Shown piece by piece: positions 43,620 to 53,090 of a DNA stretch of 64,000 nt. Each line of letters opens with the position of its first letter. Positions within the stretch are counted from its first letter, which is position 1. The notes below the pieces were generated by a model. The model did not search any database and was not told the origin of the DNA. It saw nothing but the letters and a program-made list of their open reading frames with translations. The position numbers and the translations under genes were made by a program. The DNA is taken from the NCBI GenBank assembly GCA_902599315.1, contig CACKEY010000001.1, forward strand, positions 4,625 through 68,624, in the 5' to 3' direction. This stretch comes from an uncultured SAR86 cluster bacterium (lineage in GTDB: Bacteria > Pseudomonadota > Gammaproteobacteria > Magnimaribacterales > D2472).

Positions 43620-44028
43620 GTGCTTCAAGCTCGTCCTCACTAATAAGTAGCATTTCGCCTATTTGCATAAAAAGTGAATTTTCGTATTGATCAACATTAT
43701 CATCTGACAAAATCACATCCCAGATATTCGACAAAATCTCAATTTTCATTCTTTTGGTGCAGTTACTATTGATAATGTTGATAAATGGGTTAAAAGACTC
43801 TTTGTGACTTGTCCACTCCTTTAGCTCTTGAAAGGCATCCAAAAAATTGCCTTCAGGATATAAATCTAAATAAAAATTTTTAATTTCTTCTATTTCTTCC
43901 TCATCTACTTTTCCGTCCATTCGAGCTATCTCAATCATTAAACATAAAACAGCCGATACGTGAGGCGGCATATCATCGGCACTTCCAGAAATATCAGAAA
44001 ATAATTTTTTTTTGAAAATAGATAACAT
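43609..44028 (-). CDS. TerB-like (tellurite-resistance TerB fold) small protein
   Basis: 139 aa with the pattern LMIEIARMDGKVDEEEIEEI typical of TerB-family helical proteins. Confidence 0.5.
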   Translation of the reverse strand: MLSIFKKKLFSDISGSADDMPPHVSAVLCLMIEIARMDGKVDEEEIEEIKNFYLDLYPEGNFLDAFQELKEWTSHKESFNPFINIINSNCTKRMKIEILSNIWDVILSDDNVDQYENSLFMQIGEMLLISEDELEALKS

Positions 44029-44094
44029 GATTTTGAAAAATAATTAAAAATTAACTATACCAATCTTTTTTGAAAAAATAACCACGATGGCCAT

Positions 44095-44955
44095 TCAATC
44101 CCAAACACGCATCAATCCTTCTTGTGCGGTTGAGGCAATTAATTTTCCTGCTTTGGTATATATTGATCCTCGAGAAAAACCTCGAGCGTTTTGAGAAATT
44201 GGACTGTGCATGTGATGCAAAATCCAGTTATTAAAATTGACTTTTCCATGAAACCACATCACATGATCTAAGCTAGCACTTTGAAATTTTTTAGACATAA
44301 AATTTACTTCATGAGGATTTACAGCCGCTCCAAGCAGTCCCATGTCAGAACAATATAATAATAATGCTTGATGAATTCTTTCATCTTTAGGCAACTTACC
44401 AGTTGGCTTCATCCAAGTGCTCCTGTAAGGTGGCAATTTTTCTACTTTTAACAAATCCATTGGTTCAACTTGTCTTGTTTCAATTTCTCTTTCTCGGAGC
44501 CACATGGGCAAATAGTCCTTAGGAATTTTTTTTTGTACATCTTTTCTTAAATCTAAATCACTTTTAAGGTTTTCTGGGCCTGCAATTTTTGGCATTTTTA
44601 TTTGATGACTTAGGCCCTTTTCTCTTTTTTGAAATGAAATCGAGCAACTAAAAATTGCTTCTCCATTTTGAATTGCATTCACTCTTCTAGTCGTGAAACT
44701 CTTACCATCTCTAATTCGGTCAACTTCAAAAATAATATTTTGCTCAAAATTTCCTGGTCTCAGAAAATACGAATGAAAGGAGTGAACCCATCTTGCTTTT
44801 TCGACTGTTTGATATCCAGCAATTAAGCATTGAGCCATAATCTGACCACCAAAGATTCTTTGAAACCCAACACTTTTTCCAGTCCAAGAGTAAAGATCTC
44901 TATCAATTCTGGTTAAGTTAAAAAGCTCAAGTGTGTGTTTAAGGGCACTATTCAT
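44095..44955 (-). CDS. tesB: Acyl-CoA thioesterase II
   Basis: 286 aa double hotdog. FGGQIMAQ...VHSFHSYFLRPG...RDGKSFTTRRV.AIQNG is collinear with E. coli TesB. Confidence 0.88.
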   Translation of the reverse strand: MNSALKHTLELFNLTRIDRDLYSWTGKSVGFQRIFGGQIMAQCLIAGYQTVEKARWVHSFHSYFLRPGNFEQNIIFEVDRIRDGKSFTTRRVNAIQNGEAIFSCSISFQKREKGLSHQIKMPKIAGPENLKSDLDLRKDVQKKIPKDYLPMWLREREIETRQVEPMDLLKVEKLPPYRSTWMKPTGKLPKDERIHQALLLYCSDMGLLGAAVNPHEVNFMSKKFQSASLDHVMWFHGKVNFNNWILHHMHSPISQNARGFSRGSIYTKAGKLIASTAQEGLMRVWD

Positions 44956-45070
44956 TAATTTTAGTGATTTATTGAATTAAAATTTATCTTACATTGAATC
45001 AATTAAAACTAGAACTTTATCTCATCAAAAGTTAGCATATGTGCACCTGTAAATACTAAAATACAATCAA

Positions 45071-46054
45071 ATGATAAACTCAGAAAGAATAAGCCTACCA
45101 GATCAACCCGATCAAAAAATTAATGTAAAAAAAACATTTAATATTGACACAAATCTCTCAGTAAAAGGCTACAAAGAAAAAACACAATGGGTACCTGAAA
45201 TTGACTCAACTTATGTATTTGACAAAGATACAACTCTATCGATTTTAGCAGGCTTCGAACATAACCGCAGGGTAATGATTCAGGGATACCATGGAACTGG
45301 AAAATCCACACACATTGAGCAAGTGGCAGCTAGACTCAATTGGCCTTGTGTTCGAATTAATCTCGATAGTCACATAAGCAGAATAGATTTATTAGGTAAA
45401 GATGCCATTGTGCTAAAAGATGAGAAACAAATTACCGAATTTAAAGAAGGTATTTTGCCATGGTCTATTCAAAATCCCGTTGCTATTGTTTTTGATGAAT
45501 ATGATGCGGGTAGACCTGATGTGATGTTTGTGATTCAAAGGATTTTAGAGGTGGAAGGTAAATTAACTTTATTGGATCAAAATCATGTGATATCTCCTCA
45601 TCCAAGCTTCAGACTTTTTGCAACCACCAATACTGTTGGCATGGGAGACGTCACCGGTCTTTATCATGGCACACAACAAATTAATCAGGGTCAAATGGAT
45701 CGTTGGCATATATTATCAACGCTGAATTATTTGGAACGCTCACATGAAATCGATGTTGTTGCCGGTAAAGTGCCTGAGCTTAAGTCAGCAAAAGATAAAG
45801 CCTTAGTTAAAAGCATGATTCAGCTTGCTGATCTTACAAGACAAGGCTTTATCAATGAGGATATATCAACATTAATGTCTCCAAGAACTGTAATAACATG
45901 GGCTCAGAATTATATTATTTTTAAGGATATACAACATTCTTTTAAGCTATCATTTCTCAACAAATGTGATGAGGCTGAAAGACCAATTGTTGCAGAGTAT
46001 TTTCAAAGATGTTTCGGTGAAGATCTGAAAGAAAGTCATAATCCAGAATCATAA
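45071..46054 (+). CDS. cobS: CobS-type MoxR-class AAA+ ATPase
   Basis: 327 aa with very high similarity (from memory) to aerobic cobaltochelatase CobS: MIQGYHGTGKSTHIEQVAARLNWPCVRINLDSH, VFDEYDAGRPDVMFVIQR, GLYHGTQQINQGQMDRW. Confidence 0.9.
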   Translation: MINSERISLPDQPDQKINVKKTFNIDTNLSVKGYKEKTQWVPEIDSTYVFDKDTTLSILAGFEHNRRVMIQGYHGTGKSTHIEQVAARLNWPCVRINLDSHISRIDLLGKDAIVLKDEKQITEFKEGILPWSIQNPVAIVFDEYDAGRPDVMFVIQRILEVEGKLTLLDQNHVISPHPSFRLFATTNTVGMGDVTGLYHGTQQINQGQMDRWHILSTLNYLERSHEIDVVAGKVPELKSAKDKALVKSMIQLADLTRQGFINEDISTLMSPRTVITWAQNYIIFKDIQHSFKLSFLNKCDEAERPIVAEYFQRCFGEDLKESHNPES

Positions 46055-46057
46055 TAA

Positions 46058-47833
46058 ATGAGCTGGGTTAAGAATCGAGAGGAGTTTAAGCAAGCAGTCC
46101 TCTCAGCAACAAGGGCTATATCTCATAATTCAAATCTAGAGAGTACTTCACAGACCTCAAGCCGGCCTCCTTCTTTGTCTCATATTTCTTTGCAAAATCC
46201 TCCAAGATCCTCATCTCAAATTAACTCCTGGAGAGGGGAAGCAGATTTCCAAGCTTTTTGGCATCTCTATCACAAAGAAAATCCCTCACTTAAAATGCCA
46301 AAAATAGCTAGAGATTTTTTTGCTGAACTAGAGCTTTCCAGAGTTGAAATGATTGGAGGAGAAGCTTTTCCTGGTGCAAAGACAAATTTAAGTTTGTTTT
46401 TAAACGCTGAAGCTAAGAAAAATATTGATAATAAAATCCCTTCTATCAATCCATTGGCTTCAAATTTATGGTTGAAAAAACTTAATGGTGATGAATTACA
46501 TGAGGATAGTAAAAATATAGTTAATGCTTTTCTGTCTGCCGCTCCCAAAAATATCGATAAATTAGGCAAAAGATTAATCAAAGCTCAGAAGTCTCAAGAA
46601 GACTTTCAATTAATTGCTCTTGAATTGATGAAAGATCTTGATTTAATGCATGAACCGCAAACTAATAGCGATGAGGAGTCATTAGGAGATGAGTCAATTT
46701 CAGATGAGCAACAAGCTCAGGATCAAGATCAAGACCAAGAAGAATTTGAGCAGACTTCGGAGGAACAAATAATTGAAGCTCAAACAGAGGGTATTGCAGA
46801 TGAAGAAACTGATTTAATAGAAGAAGCTCAAGCGCCTATTGATTCAACTTCAATAGATGAAGAAATAGATTTAACAAGAAATTTTAATGAGGACTTAGAT
46901 CAAACAGCTTATGACGATTATCAAATTTTTACTTCTCAATTCGATGAAATAATAAATGCAATTGATTTAGCAACTCCCGAGGAGACACAAAGACTTAGAA
47001 TACAGCTTGATCAGCTTATATCACCATATCAAACCACTATTGGAAAATTGGCCAATAGACTTCAAAGACTACTGCAAGCGCAACAAAACAGAAGCTGGAA
47101 TTATAATCTTGAGGAAGGTTTGCTTGATACGGCTCAGCTTCACCGAGTTATAACAAGGCCTGGAGATCCTTTAAGTTTTAAACAAGAGAGTGAAAGTAAG
47201 TTTAAAGATACAGTTGTATCACTTTTAATTGATAGCTCTGGGTCAATGCGAGGCCGCTCGATGACTTTGGCAGCAATATGTGGAGATATCATAGGCAGTA
47301 CGCTTGAAAGATGTTACGTCAAGACTGAGCTTTTAGGTTTTACTACAAAACATTGGAAAGGCGGTGATGCAAGAAAAGCTTGGGTTAATCAAGGCAGCCC
47401 CTCTTACCCAGGCCGATTAAATGATTTAAGACATATTATCTTTAAATCTGCTGATGACAATTTTCGTAAAGCGAGAAAAAGTTTTGGAATTATGTTGAGA
47501 GAGGGTTTGTTAAAGGAAAATGTTGATGGAGAGGCTTTAGCTTGGGCTCATCAAAGATTAAGTAAACGTAACGAAGAAAGAAAAATTTTAATAGTAATAT
47601 CAGATGGAGCTCCAGTTGATGACAGCACTCTTTCAACAAATCACAGTAATTTTTTAGATAATCATTTGCGACAGATTATCAATATGATTCAAGCTCAAAG
47701 CAATGTTGAGCTTCTTGCAATTGGAATTGGACATGATGTGACAAAATATTATGAAAAATCTATTACAATTAACCGAGCTGATGAGCTAGCTGAGGCTTTG
47801 CTGGATAAGCTCACGGAACTTTTCAATGATTAA
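46058..47833 (+). CDS. cobT: CobT-type protein with acidic linker and C-terminal vWA domain
   Basis: 591 aa with a long D/E/Q-rich low-complexity linker and the vWA MIDAS motif LLIDSSGSM. It starts 3 nt after the cobS stop. Confidence 0.85.
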   Translation: MSWVKNREEFKQAVLSATRAISHNSNLESTSQTSSRPPSLSHISLQNPPRSSSQINSWRGEADFQAFWHLYHKENPSLKMPKIARDFFAELELSRVEMIGGEAFPGAKTNLSLFLNAEAKKNIDNKIPSINPLASNLWLKKLNGDELHEDSKNIVNAFLSAAPKNIDKLGKRLIKAQKSQEDFQLIALELMKDLDLMHEPQTNSDEESLGDESISDEQQAQDQDQDQEEFEQTSEEQIIEAQTEGIADEETDLIEEAQAPIDSTSIDEEIDLTRNFNEDLDQTAYDDYQIFTSQFDEIINAIDLATPEETQRLRIQLDQLISPYQTTIGKLANRLQRLLQAQQNRSWNYNLEEGLLDTAQLHRVITRPGDPLSFKQESESKFKDTVVSLLIDSSGSMRGRSMTLAAICGDIIGSTLERCYVKTELLGFTTKHWKGGDARKAWVNQGSPSYPGRLNDLRHIIFKSADDNFRKARKSFGIMLREGLLKENVDGEALAWAHQRLSKRNEERKILIVISDGAPVDDSTLSTNHSNFLDNHLRQIINMIQAQSNVELLAIGIGHDVTKYYEKSITINRADELAEALLDKLTELFND

Positions 47834-47889
47834 AAAAAAGCATATAGTAGTGAATCTCACGTTACTGTGAGTAATAAGAGTATATAAAA

Positions 47890-49008
47890 ATGAAAATTAA
47901 AAGAGTTGATGGGCCTCCAAAGGATATCTTGACATTTGATCTTGATGTGGAAAATGAATTAAACCTTACTCCTCAGCAAGTCGAAGATGTTGCTGAAATA
48001 TTTAATACTCCACTCACCGGTGCTTATAACTGGGACTACACGGTTGCCGATAATAGAATTAAAAAACTTTATGAATTAGGCAAAGAATTAAACTGGAACG
48101 GCTCTATGGATTTAAACTGGGATTACAATCATCCAGCAGATGAGAGAATCATGCAGGCCGACGAAGATCTACCTCATGAGACACTTCAAGCATACGAAAG
48201 TTTAACTGAAAAAGAAAAGATTGAGTTCGATCGTCATGATGCAGCCGAACTTCTGAGTCAATTTCTTCACGGAGAACAAGGAGCATTGCTAGTTGCATCG
48301 CAACTTACAGCATGTGCGCCTACTTATAATGCAAAACTATATGCAGCCTCGCAAACTTTTGACGAAGCTAGACATGTTGAAGTTTTTAATCGTTATCTTC
48401 AAGAAAAAATTGGTATGCATTACCCAATTAATAAAAATTTAAAGCTTTTGCTTGACAAAATACTTACTGATCCTAGATGGGATCTTAAATTTATTGGAAT
48501 GCAAATTATCATTGAAGGTTTAGCACTGGCTGCTTTCCAAATGTTAAAAAGTTTATCAAAGGATCCGCTATTAACTCAGCTTCTTCATTACATAATTCGA
48601 GACGAAGCTAGACATGTTACATTTGGTATCAATTATTTGGAAGATTTCATCAAAACATTGACGCCTGAGGAAATTGAAGAAAGAGCAGAATTTGCATACG
48701 AGGCATGTGTTATTTCCAGAGAAAGACTCATTAATACAAAAGCCATGCAGAAATATTTAAAAATGTCTGAGGAGGAAGCTAGAGAATTTGCGTTATCAAC
48801 AACTGCTAATACTGCTTTCACAAACTTTCTGTTTACAAGAATCATGCCAAATCTCTCAAGAATAGGTCTGCTTACAGATAAAGTGAGACCGAAATTTGAA
48901 GCATTAGGTTTGCTCGAGTACGAACACGCTCCTGATGACTTTGAATGTGATTGGAACGAGCTTGAAAAACCTTTAGAAAAATTTGGTGAAATTCCTAAGG
49001 TCATCTAA
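47890..49008 (+). CDS. Ferritin-like di-iron oxygenase (AurF / p-aminobenzoate N-oxygenase-like family)
   Basis: 372 aa with no signal peptide. Carboxylate/His ligand blocks are HGEQGA, DEARHVEVF, EGLALAAF and DEARHVTFG. Confidence 0.7.
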   Translation: MKIKRVDGPPKDILTFDLDVENELNLTPQQVEDVAEIFNTPLTGAYNWDYTVADNRIKKLYELGKELNWNGSMDLNWDYNHPADERIMQADEDLPHETLQAYESLTEKEKIEFDRHDAAELLSQFLHGEQGALLVASQLTACAPTYNAKLYAASQTFDEARHVEVFNRYLQEKIGMHYPINKNLKLLLDKILTDPRWDLKFIGMQIIIEGLALAAFQMLKSLSKDPLLTQLLHYIIRDEARHVTFGINYLEDFIKTLTPEEIEERAEFAYEACVISRERLINTKAMQKYLKMSEEEAREFALSTTANTAFTNFLFTRIMPNLSRIGLLTDKVRPKFEALGLLEYEHAPDDFECDWNELEKPLEKFGEIPKVI

Positions 49009-50224
49009 TCAATTTTTATTTTTAGCGTCGCTTTGTGTAAGTGTCTCTTTATCGTCTGCGGTTCAATTAATAAAACCTTCTGAAAATTCTTATCTGGATA
49101 TTCAAGAAGCCCTTATTCTAGCTGAACCGGGAGATATAATTAGGCTATCAGCAGGTATATTTACTTTAGAAGACTCACTTTCACTCGATGTGCCTGGAGT
49201 ACAAATTGAAGGTGAAGGTATGGGGCAAACAATCCTCGACTTTAGCAATCAGCTCAGCGGTGCTCAAGGACTCAGTGTCACTTCAGATAATGTAACTCTT
49301 CAAGATTTTACAATTCAAAATGCTAAAGGCGATGCAATAAAAGTAAAGGGTGTTACAAACATAAAGTTCTTAAGAGTGAAAACTGAGTGGACGAATGGTC
49401 CAAGCTCAGAAAATGGAGCTTATGGGCTATATCCAGTCGAATCAAAAAATGTTTTGATAGATGGATGTGTTGCAATAGGAGCATCTGATGCTGGAATTTA
49501 TGTTGGGCAATCTCAAAACATTATTGTTCGAAATAGTAGAGCAGAATTTAACGTCGCAGGAATTGAAATCGAAAATTCTTACTTTGCAGATGTTTATAAC
49601 AATACCGCAACAAATAATACTGGTGGAATATTAGTTTTTGATTTGCCTGGTTTACCACAACAAGGGGGACATCATGTGCGGGTATTTAACAACCGTTCAG
49701 TTGGTAACAATACCGATAATTTTGCACCTGAAGGAAATATTGTAGGCGAGGTCCCTAGAGGTACTGGAATAATAATTCAAGCAAATTCTGATGTGGAAAT
49801 TTTTAATAATGAAATTGGGGAGAATGATACTGTAAATATTGCGGTGGTGACATATGGGAATGATACAGATGATAAAACTTACTATCCCCATCCTAAATCA
49901 ATTCAAATTCATGGAAATACGTTTGGTCCAACTGGATATAATCCTGACACTAGTAAGGGAGAGCTAGCTAAGATACTTTTTGATTTATCAGGCGGAGATA
50001 TGCCAGACATTTTTTGGGATGGTTTGTTGCCATTTACTCAACTTATATTTGGGCAACCAGAAAATGAAAAAATGGTAGTTGCTAACAACGGTAATGCAAC
50101 ATTGCTTGCCATAAAACCTATTGGTTATATGCTCCCCTATTTTGAGCCAGCAATTTTAGACATCCAAGAGTTTGATGGAGAGATTATTCCACTTGAAAAA
50201 GTAGAGTTTGATGAAACATTCTAA
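48983..50224 (+). CDS. Secreted right-handed parallel beta-helix repeat protein (NosD/pectate-lyase-like fold)
   Basis: 413 aa. Only TTG 48983 or GTG 48986 can start it before its signal peptide (FLFLASLCVSVSLSSA), so it overlaps the upstream gene by about 23-26 nt. Repeated G..V......I.N motifs are present. Confidence 0.7.
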   Translation: MVKFLRSSNQFLFLASLCVSVSLSSAVQLIKPSENSYLDIQEALILAEPGDIIRLSAGIFTLEDSLSLDVPGVQIEGEGMGQTILDFSNQLSGAQGLSVTSDNVTLQDFTIQNAKGDAIKVKGVTNIKFLRVKTEWTNGPSSENGAYGLYPVESKNVLIDGCVAIGASDAGIYVGQSQNIIVRNSRAEFNVAGIEIENSYFADVYNNTATNNTGGILVFDLPGLPQQGGHHVRVFNNRSVGNNTDNFAPEGNIVGEVPRGTGIIIQANSDVEIFNNEIGENDTVNIAVVTYGNDTDDKTYYPHPKSIQIHGNTFGPTGYNPDTSKGELAKILFDLSGGDMPDIFWDGLLPFTQLIFGQPENEKMVVANNGNATLLAIKPIGYMLPYFEPAILDIQEFDGEIIPLEKVEFDETF

Positions 50225-51248
50225 AAAAATTTCTTTATTAATTACTTTATTCATTTGTTTTGACACAAAATCTCAAAGCATTAGTAGTTTTGATTTTGAA
50301 AAATTTTCACATGTACCAAAATTTCTCAGTGATTATGGTTTTTTTAAGGATTTAAAAAATCAGAAGCCAGTTTCAAATGTCCATCCATATTCTTTATCGA
50401 GCCAATTGTTTTCAGATGAAACTGATAAGCTAAGATTTGTTTATGTGCCTGAAGGAAAAAAAGTTGGCTATGTAAAAAACAAAGTCTTTATATTTCCAGT
50501 TGGTTCGGTTCTTATAAAAACTTTTGCATATCTCAATAATAATGGTCCTCTGGAGGCTGAATTACTTGAAACCCGCCTTTTAATAAATACCAATAATGGT
50601 TGGAAAGCCATTAGCTATGTTTGGAATGAAGATCAAACGGATGCTAAAAGAGCAATAGCTGGAGCTACAATTCCTACAAGGTTTGTGAATTCTGCAGGAA
50701 AAATCAAAGATGTTAGATATCGAGCGCCTAATCAGAATCAGTGCAAAGAATGTCATCAATTAAAAAAAGTTATGACTCCAATAGGCCCTAAGGCAAGAAA
50801 CATGAACAAATTAGTTGAATATGATGCTGGAGAGATGAATCAACTTGTCTATTGGGCAGCATTAGGATGGATTAACGAAAATCTTGGATCAACTTCAATC
50901 TCAAATTATGCTGATGTTAATGCGGTTTTGAATGAGAGAGCTAGGGCATACCTTGATATAAATTGTGGCCACTGTCACATACCTGGTGGTTCGGCAGACA
51001 CAACAGGCTTATATTTGAACTTTACGGAGCAAGATAAAGAACAAATTGGAATATATAAAAAGCCAGTTGCGGCTGGACGTGCAAGTGGAAATTTAAAATA
51101 TTCAATTGTTCCCGGTCATCCTGAGGATTCAATTCTTCTTTATAGGATGAGGTCATTAGATCCCGGAATCATGATGCCAGAATCTGGGAGAGCCCTCTCA
51201 GATGAAACGGGTATAAAATTGATTACTGATTGGATTGACAAACTATAG
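50211..51248 (+). CDS. Secreted dihaem c-type cytochrome (SO_2930-like family, from memory)
   Basis: It has a signal peptide and two CxxCH motifs (CKECH, CGHCH). ATG 50211 overlaps the beta-helix gene end by 14 nt. Confidence 0.7.
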   Translation: MKHSKKISLLITLFICFDTKSQSISSFDFEKFSHVPKFLSDYGFFKDLKNQKPVSNVHPYSLSSQLFSDETDKLRFVYVPEGKKVGYVKNKVFIFPVGSVLIKTFAYLNNNGPLEAELLETRLLINTNNGWKAISYVWNEDQTDAKRAIAGATIPTRFVNSAGKIKDVRYRAPNQNQCKECHQLKKVMTPIGPKARNMNKLVEYDAGEMNQLVYWAALGWINENLGSTSISNYADVNAVLNERARAYLDINCGHCHIPGGSADTTGLYLNFTEQDKEQIGIYKKPVAAGRASGNLKYSIVPGHPEDSILLYRMRSLDPGIMMPESGRALSDETGIKLITDWIDKL

Positions 51249-51309
51249 CCTTTAAATTTGTCTAGTAGCCCATAAGTAATTCATAATAGTTTTTTTTAGG
51301 AGAAAACTT

Positions 51310-52050
51310 ATGTCAAAACACTCTGCTTTAAATACTTTTGGAAGATCTGGAAATCCAGCTTTTACAAGAAATTTTGATAATACTGGTGCGTTGCCACAGA
51401 CAGAACGTATGACTCTCGATGGCGCTGTAAACAAAACAGCCATCTTGCTGTCACTTTGTTTCGCTGGAGCATTTATCGGTTGGAATATTCCTGCATTAGC
51501 GATGCCAAGTCTTATTATTGGAACCATTCTTGCATTCGTTACAATTTTTAGAAATCCATCTAAAGCGGGAACTACAGCACCATTTTACGCAGGCTTTGAA
51601 GGAGTTGCGCTTGGTGGAATTACAGTGTTTGCTGAAGCCCAATATCCCGGTATTGGTATTCAAGCTATAGGACTAACCTTTGGTATTCTTGCATCTTTAC
51701 TGTTTTGCTATAAAAGTGGCATCATCAAACCTACTGAAAACTTCAGGCTAATGATTTTTTCAGCAACTATGGGTATTGCTCTTTTGTACCTGGTAAGCTT
51801 CATCATGTCTTTTTTTGGTTCAGGGATTGGCTTCATTCATTCTAATGGACTATTTGGAATAGGATTTTCATTATTTGTTGTTGGAATTGCAGCGCTTAAT
51901 CTTGTTTTAGACTTTGATTTTATTGAAGAAGGCGCTGATCAAGGATTACCAAAGTATATGGAATGGTACGGAGCTTTCTCGCTAATGGTTACTTTAATAT
52001 GGCTTTACATTGAAATATTACGCCTACTAATGAAACTAAGAAGCAGATAG
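51310..52050 (+). CDS. Bax-inhibitor-1/YccA-like membrane protein
   Basis: 246 aa with the N-terminal SGNPAF motif followed by about 7 TM helices. An AGGAG SD lies upstream. Confidence 0.7.
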   Translation: MSKHSALNTFGRSGNPAFTRNFDNTGALPQTERMTLDGAVNKTAILLSLCFAGAFIGWNIPALAMPSLIIGTILAFVTIFRNPSKAGTTAPFYAGFEGVALGGITVFAEAQYPGIGIQAIGLTFGILASLLFCYKSGIIKPTENFRLMIFSATMGIALLYLVSFIMSFFGSGIGFIHSNGLFGIGFSLFVVGIAALNLVLDFDFIEEGADQGLPKYMEWYGAFSLMVTLIWLYIEILRLLMKLRSR

Positions 52051-52254
52051 ATGAATGCTATATTTTTTAGCATTCTTGCTATATTTTCCTTATTTGTTTT
52101 TATGAATCTAGGAAAAATTAAAGCTTCAAAAAAGCAAATGGACAGAGATGACAGAATCAAATGGGGCAATCGTCGACGAACGTCATTTTTCAAAAATAAA
52201 ACAACAATTGTTGAAGGTAAGGCAGAAGAAGTCAAAGACGACAAAGATAAATAA
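52051..52254 (+). CDS. 67-aa single-TM protein with highly basic/acidic tail, unknown function
   Basis: The ATG directly follows the upstream TAG, and its TAA overlaps the next ATG (TAATG). The coupling on both sides argues that it is translated. Confidence 0.4.
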   Translation: MNAIFFSILAIFSLFVFMNLGKIKASKKQMDRDDRIKWGNRRRTSFFKNKTTIVEGKAEEVKDDKDK

Positions 52255-53075
52255 TGCTTGCTGCCTTTGACTTTGGGATTTCAAATACAGATGTAGCTAT
52301 ATTTTCTGAAAACTCTGTTAAATACTTCACTGTTCCATCTTCTAAGGAAAAAATAACAACTAATCTTATAGAGAAAATACTTTTTGATCTTGAATTGCAT
52401 ATAACAAAAGTTGAAGTATTGGGAGTTACAGGTGGCAAATCCTCAGATCTTGAGGATTCGTTGGGCGGAATAGAAATTATTAAAATTAATGAGATTGAAG
52501 CAATTGGGCTGGGGGCAAAAAAATTATATGGCTTAGAAGATGAGTCTGCCCTCATTGTCAGTGCAGGAACAGGAACAGCTTGTGTTCATGCTCAAGGAGA
52601 AAGCTTTAATCATCTTGGCGGAATTGCAGTTGGTGGGGGTATGTTAGAAGGACTAGGATCTCTTCTGTTTAATACTTCAAATGGTGGAGAAATTAATGAA
52701 TTTGGTGAAAAAGGTTCAAGACTCGAGCTTGATTTATTAATTGGAGATGTTGTAAACAAAATAGGCAATCTGTCACCAGAGCTTACAGCAGTAAACTTTG
52801 GGAGAGCAGCTTTTAGCTCCACCGATACAATGGAAAATACAGCAGCAGCACTATGTAATATGATTGGCGAGGTGATTGGGACAATTGCTTACTTAAATGC
52901 ATTGTTAATTGCATCTGAAAAAGCATGTTTCATAGGCAGAACATCCTGCCTGTCAGAAATTAGAAATGGTATTGATCAAAGATTAGGGCTAGCAGGAGTC
53001 CAAGGACAGTATCAGCCAAATCGTGAATATGCCAATGTTATTGGAGTCCTGGAAGGAATTAAAAAATATAAATAA
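52254..53075 (+). CDS. Type II pantothenate kinase-like ASKHA ATPase (fumble family)
   Basis: 273 aa, collinear with S. aureus type II PanK (from memory): FDFG.. phosphate-1, VSAGTGTA vs NVGTGTS, GGIAVGGGMLEGLGSLL vs GGIGTGGGMIQGLGYLL, PELTAVNFG vs GDLTAANFG. Confidence 0.6.
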   Translation: MLAAFDFGISNTDVAIFSENSVKYFTVPSSKEKITTNLIEKILFDLELHITKVEVLGVTGGKSSDLEDSLGGIEIIKINEIEAIGLGAKKLYGLEDESALIVSAGTGTACVHAQGESFNHLGGIAVGGGMLEGLGSLLFNTSNGGEINEFGEKGSRLELDLLIGDVVNKIGNLSPELTAVNFGRAAFSSTDTMENTAAALCNMIGEVIGTIAYLNALLIASEKACFIGRTSCLSEIRNGIDQRLGLAGVQGQYQPNREYANVIGVLEGIKKYK

Positions 53076-53090
53076 TTCTTTTTTTTAATC

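Noticed and set aside
44956-45070. Searched for a cobalamin riboswitch upstream of cobS
   Set aside because: No B12-box (GCCACUG-like) or GGGAA/GGUG core elements occur on the plus strand. The leader is unstructured AT-rich DNA.
46270-46581. 103-aa minus-strand ORF (and likewise 48633-49004, 123 aa)
   Set aside because: Both are shadow frames antisense to cobT and to the di-iron oxygenase gene respectively. In AT-rich DNA such antisense ORFs arise by chance.
46690-46870. Repetitive GAT/GAA/CAA-rich stretch (..DQDQDQEE..)
   Set aside because: This is the acidic low-complexity linker characteristic of CobT proteins, not a tandem-repeat element or a CRISPR-like array.
52005-52244. 79-aa minus-strand ORF (also 51252-51527 and 52232-52555)
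   Set aside because: These are antisense to the tightly coupled plus-strand BI-1 / small protein / PanK-like operon and have no independent support.
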